A stretch of 63,924 bases of DNA, filler included, from Hyphochytrium catenoides (taxonomy: Eukaryota > Protista > Hyphochytriomycota): assembly GCA_900088475.1 (NCBI GenBank). It is 9 parts of 9 records of this genome, joined end to end, with 100 filler letters (N's around TTAATTAATTAA, not from the genome) between each part and the next. Parts side by side here need not be neighbours in the genome. Positions count along the whole stretch, not along the records: positions 50,452 to 62,794 come from FLMG01001707.1; positions 62,895 to 63,924 come from FLMG01003443.1; 7 more parts are not named here. The stretch is one strand, 5' to 3'. The notes below the pieces were generated by a model. The model saw only the letters and a program-made list of their open reading frames with translations. It was not told the origin of the DNA and ran no database searches. The first letter of the stretch is position 1. Each line of letters opens with the position of its first letter. The position numbers were made by a program, and so were the translations under genes. Shown piece after piece: positions 62,145 through 63,924 of the stretch.

Positions 62145-62772
62145 CTTACCTCCATAACAAGAATCTTTGCGGTGAGGGCCTGAGGAGCTTTCTCTATGAA
62201 TTCTATGGTAGTGTCTCCCGTGTAGGCGAGAAGAGGAAGAGTCCTCTCCTCCACCACTTGTGTTCCCTGCCGCCGGAGCTCCTGAATCGCCTCGTGAGGA
62301 AGACCTAAAAGAGGAGAGAGAGAGCGAGAGAGAGTGAGAGAGAGAGGGGAGGGAGAGAGAGAAAAGAGAGTGAGAGGGTGCGTGTGTGAGAGAGGCAGAG
62401 AGACAGAGAGAAAGAGAGAAGAGAGAGAGNNNNNNNNNNNNNNNNNNNNNNNNNNNNNNNNNNNNNNNNNNNNNNNNNNNNNNNNNNNNNNNNNNNNNNN
62501 NNNNNGACAGAGAGAGAGAGAGCGCGCAAAGAGAGACAGACAGAGAAAGTGAGAGAAACAGGCGGAGATGGATAGAGAGAGAGAGAAGAAAGAGAAAAAG
62601 AGAAAAAAGGTGAGAGAACAGAATGGGTGATGGTGGGCGAAGGGAGAAAGGAAGAGAGGAAAGAGAGACGCATGAGCTACCTCGAAGTTCTTCTCTGAGC
62701 ATTTTCTTGGTTTTATAAACAATGTAGCCATTGCTCACTACTCTGTGGACTGTAGGGAATGGCTCTACATAC
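60734..62772 (-). CDS. TM-type short tRNase Z (metallo-beta-lactamase; plant TRZ1/TRZ2-like), 5' truncated; exons 62772-62681, 62304-62150, 61488-61358, 60815-60734
   Basis: Spliced translation EPFPTVHRVVSNGYIVYKTKKMLREELR|GLPHEAIQELRRQG...LLAYTGDTTIEF...AKILVME|VTFLDD...AREKGHIHLEDV...FQNEFIVFMHFSAR|YSREDV...LHGRVF. It contains the short flexible arm and the TGDT, ExTF, GHxH and HFSARY motifs. Confidence 0.9.
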
Positions 62773-62948
62773 CTTCACAGCAGAGAGAGAGAGANNNNNN
62801 NNNNNNNNNNNNNNNNNNNNNNNNNNNNNNNNNNNNNNTTAATTAATTAANNNNNNNNNNNNNNNNNNNNNNNNNNNNNNNNNNNNNNNNNNNNTAAATA
62901 AAAGCTACATAATACTATGTGATCCCGACTTGAAGAGGCCAGAAAAAG

Positions 62949-63869
62949 CTATCTGCCCGTCAGGGACAAAGACTCATCAATACTCCGAGAGGATCCGTCA
63001 GTCGAATCGGACCTCCGTAGTCTTGCTAAATACGCTTCTGGGTACTTCTCCATATCTTTGGGCCAAAGAGCACCCTCACTAGCTGCCAGTGATTCCCTTA
63101 CTGTCTCAAGCTCAGCCAACTCCGAATCATCCGTCACCCAGCCCTCAGTCTTGGCTTCATCAAAACATAATCTGGCGTGATGCGCCAGTATCCGCAGAAA
63201 GGGTCGCTGTTCTTCGGTGATCAGGTGTAGCGGTTGTTTGTGCACATCTTCGAAGCAGACTTGAGCACCTGGCAGAGCACATTTTTCGTTGTAATCCCAG
63301 GTAATTACCTTCTTCTTCAGCTTTGGGTTCACGACAAACAACCGAAGGTCTTGTTGAAAAGGGTTATATATGAAGCAAACCTCCAACATGTCGAATGCCT
63401 TTTCAACAGCACCTAGAAGCAGCAATCCATTCCTTACACTCTTGAAGTCTGCTTTTTTCAAATTAAAAAACTCCTCAAGGCCCTCTCCCCTTGTGGACCA
63501 CTTCCATATATGGGCAGCCGTCACGTGTCGACTTGGATAGAATTGGCCGGTCACCATGTCCTTAATGAATCCCCGCTGCGATGGGGTGGTAGAGGCCGCG
63601 CCATAGTAGGCAATAAGCCTGCTCTTGAAGTCGTCCCTGGTCCGAGAGCTGCCGATCGTGCTGCTACGGTATTTCCAGGGATTGCACCTGTGCATGATTG
63701 ACCTCGCTGTTTCAGGCACCACATAGGTTGACAGCTCTTTAACATCCTGCCTAACTTCTTTAACATCCTGCCTAACCCCTTTCAGATTCCGCTCAAACCG
63801 CTCCATCGCATGGTTAACCGCCCTAACCACCGCGGAATTTTCTGTATCAGAAGAAAGGTTAGTAATCAT
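62949..63869 (-). CDS. HNH_2-type endonuclease domain protein (Crinkler/CR-effector-like C-terminal domain); frame stays open to the window end
   Basis: FKSRLIAYY...KDMVTG...HVTAAHIWK...SVRNGLLLLGAVEKAFD..EVCFIYNP...FEDVH..PL...RPFLRILAHHA is the typical eukaryotic HNH_2 pattern. It is preceded by a coiled coil with a VRQDVKE heptad duplication. Confidence 0.8.
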   Translation of the reverse strand: MITNLSSDTENSAVVRAVNHAMERFERNLKGVRQDVKEVRQDVKELSTYVVPETARSIMHRCNPWKYRSSTIGSSRTRDDFKSRLIAYYGAASTTPSQRGFIKDMVTGQFYPSRHVTAAHIWKWSTRGEGLEEFFNLKKADFKSVRNGLLLLGAVEKAFDMLEVCFIYNPFQQDLRLFVVNPKLKKKVITWDYNEKCALPGAQVCFEDVHKQPLHLITEEQRPFLRILAHHARLCFDEAKTEGWVTDDSELAELETVRESLAASEGALWPKDMEKYPEAYLARLRRSDSTDGSSRSIDESLSLTGR

Positions 63870-63924
63870 ACTGGGAAGTTGCGCATACCGACCACACCGA
63901 GAATAACAGAAGCTTGGTGGTTTT

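Overview
This is eukaryotic nuclear DNA, not prokaryotic. It has GT-AG introns and dense (GA)n/(CT)n microsatellites, and the gene content points to a flagellated, probably stramenopile-like protist (inference). The window is nine contigs joined by 100-nt spacers (44 N + TTAATTAATTAA + 44 N), so neighbourhoods across spacers are not real linkage. Spliced genes reconstructed by hand: two tandem orphan 7TM proteins with identical intron phases, a CDC50/LEM3 flippase subunit, a PH-START lipid-transfer protein, an ARL6/BBS3-like GTPase, an ET-domain + 4xC2H2 zinc-finger protein and a TM-type tRNase Z. Partial exons carry an HMMR/kinesin-12 C-terminal motif and a WRKY19-like repeat. Intronless genes: two tandem divergent ankyrin-like proteins (one frameshifted), a WD40 protein, an RNF216-like RBR ligase with SIM-like motifs, two Pro-rich surface proteins and an HNH_2/Crinkler-type nuclease. 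Contig 22864-32443 is microsatellite-poor and holds several disrupted genes (glyoxalase/VOC, periplasmic-binding-protein-like, Q-rich). The most notable observations are the ET-C2H2 fusion, the 5'(GA)n...3'(CT)n polarity of many introns, microsatellite invasion of a GTPase domain, and the RBR ligase with SIM-like motifs. All assignments come from motif recognition by eye; no database searches were run.
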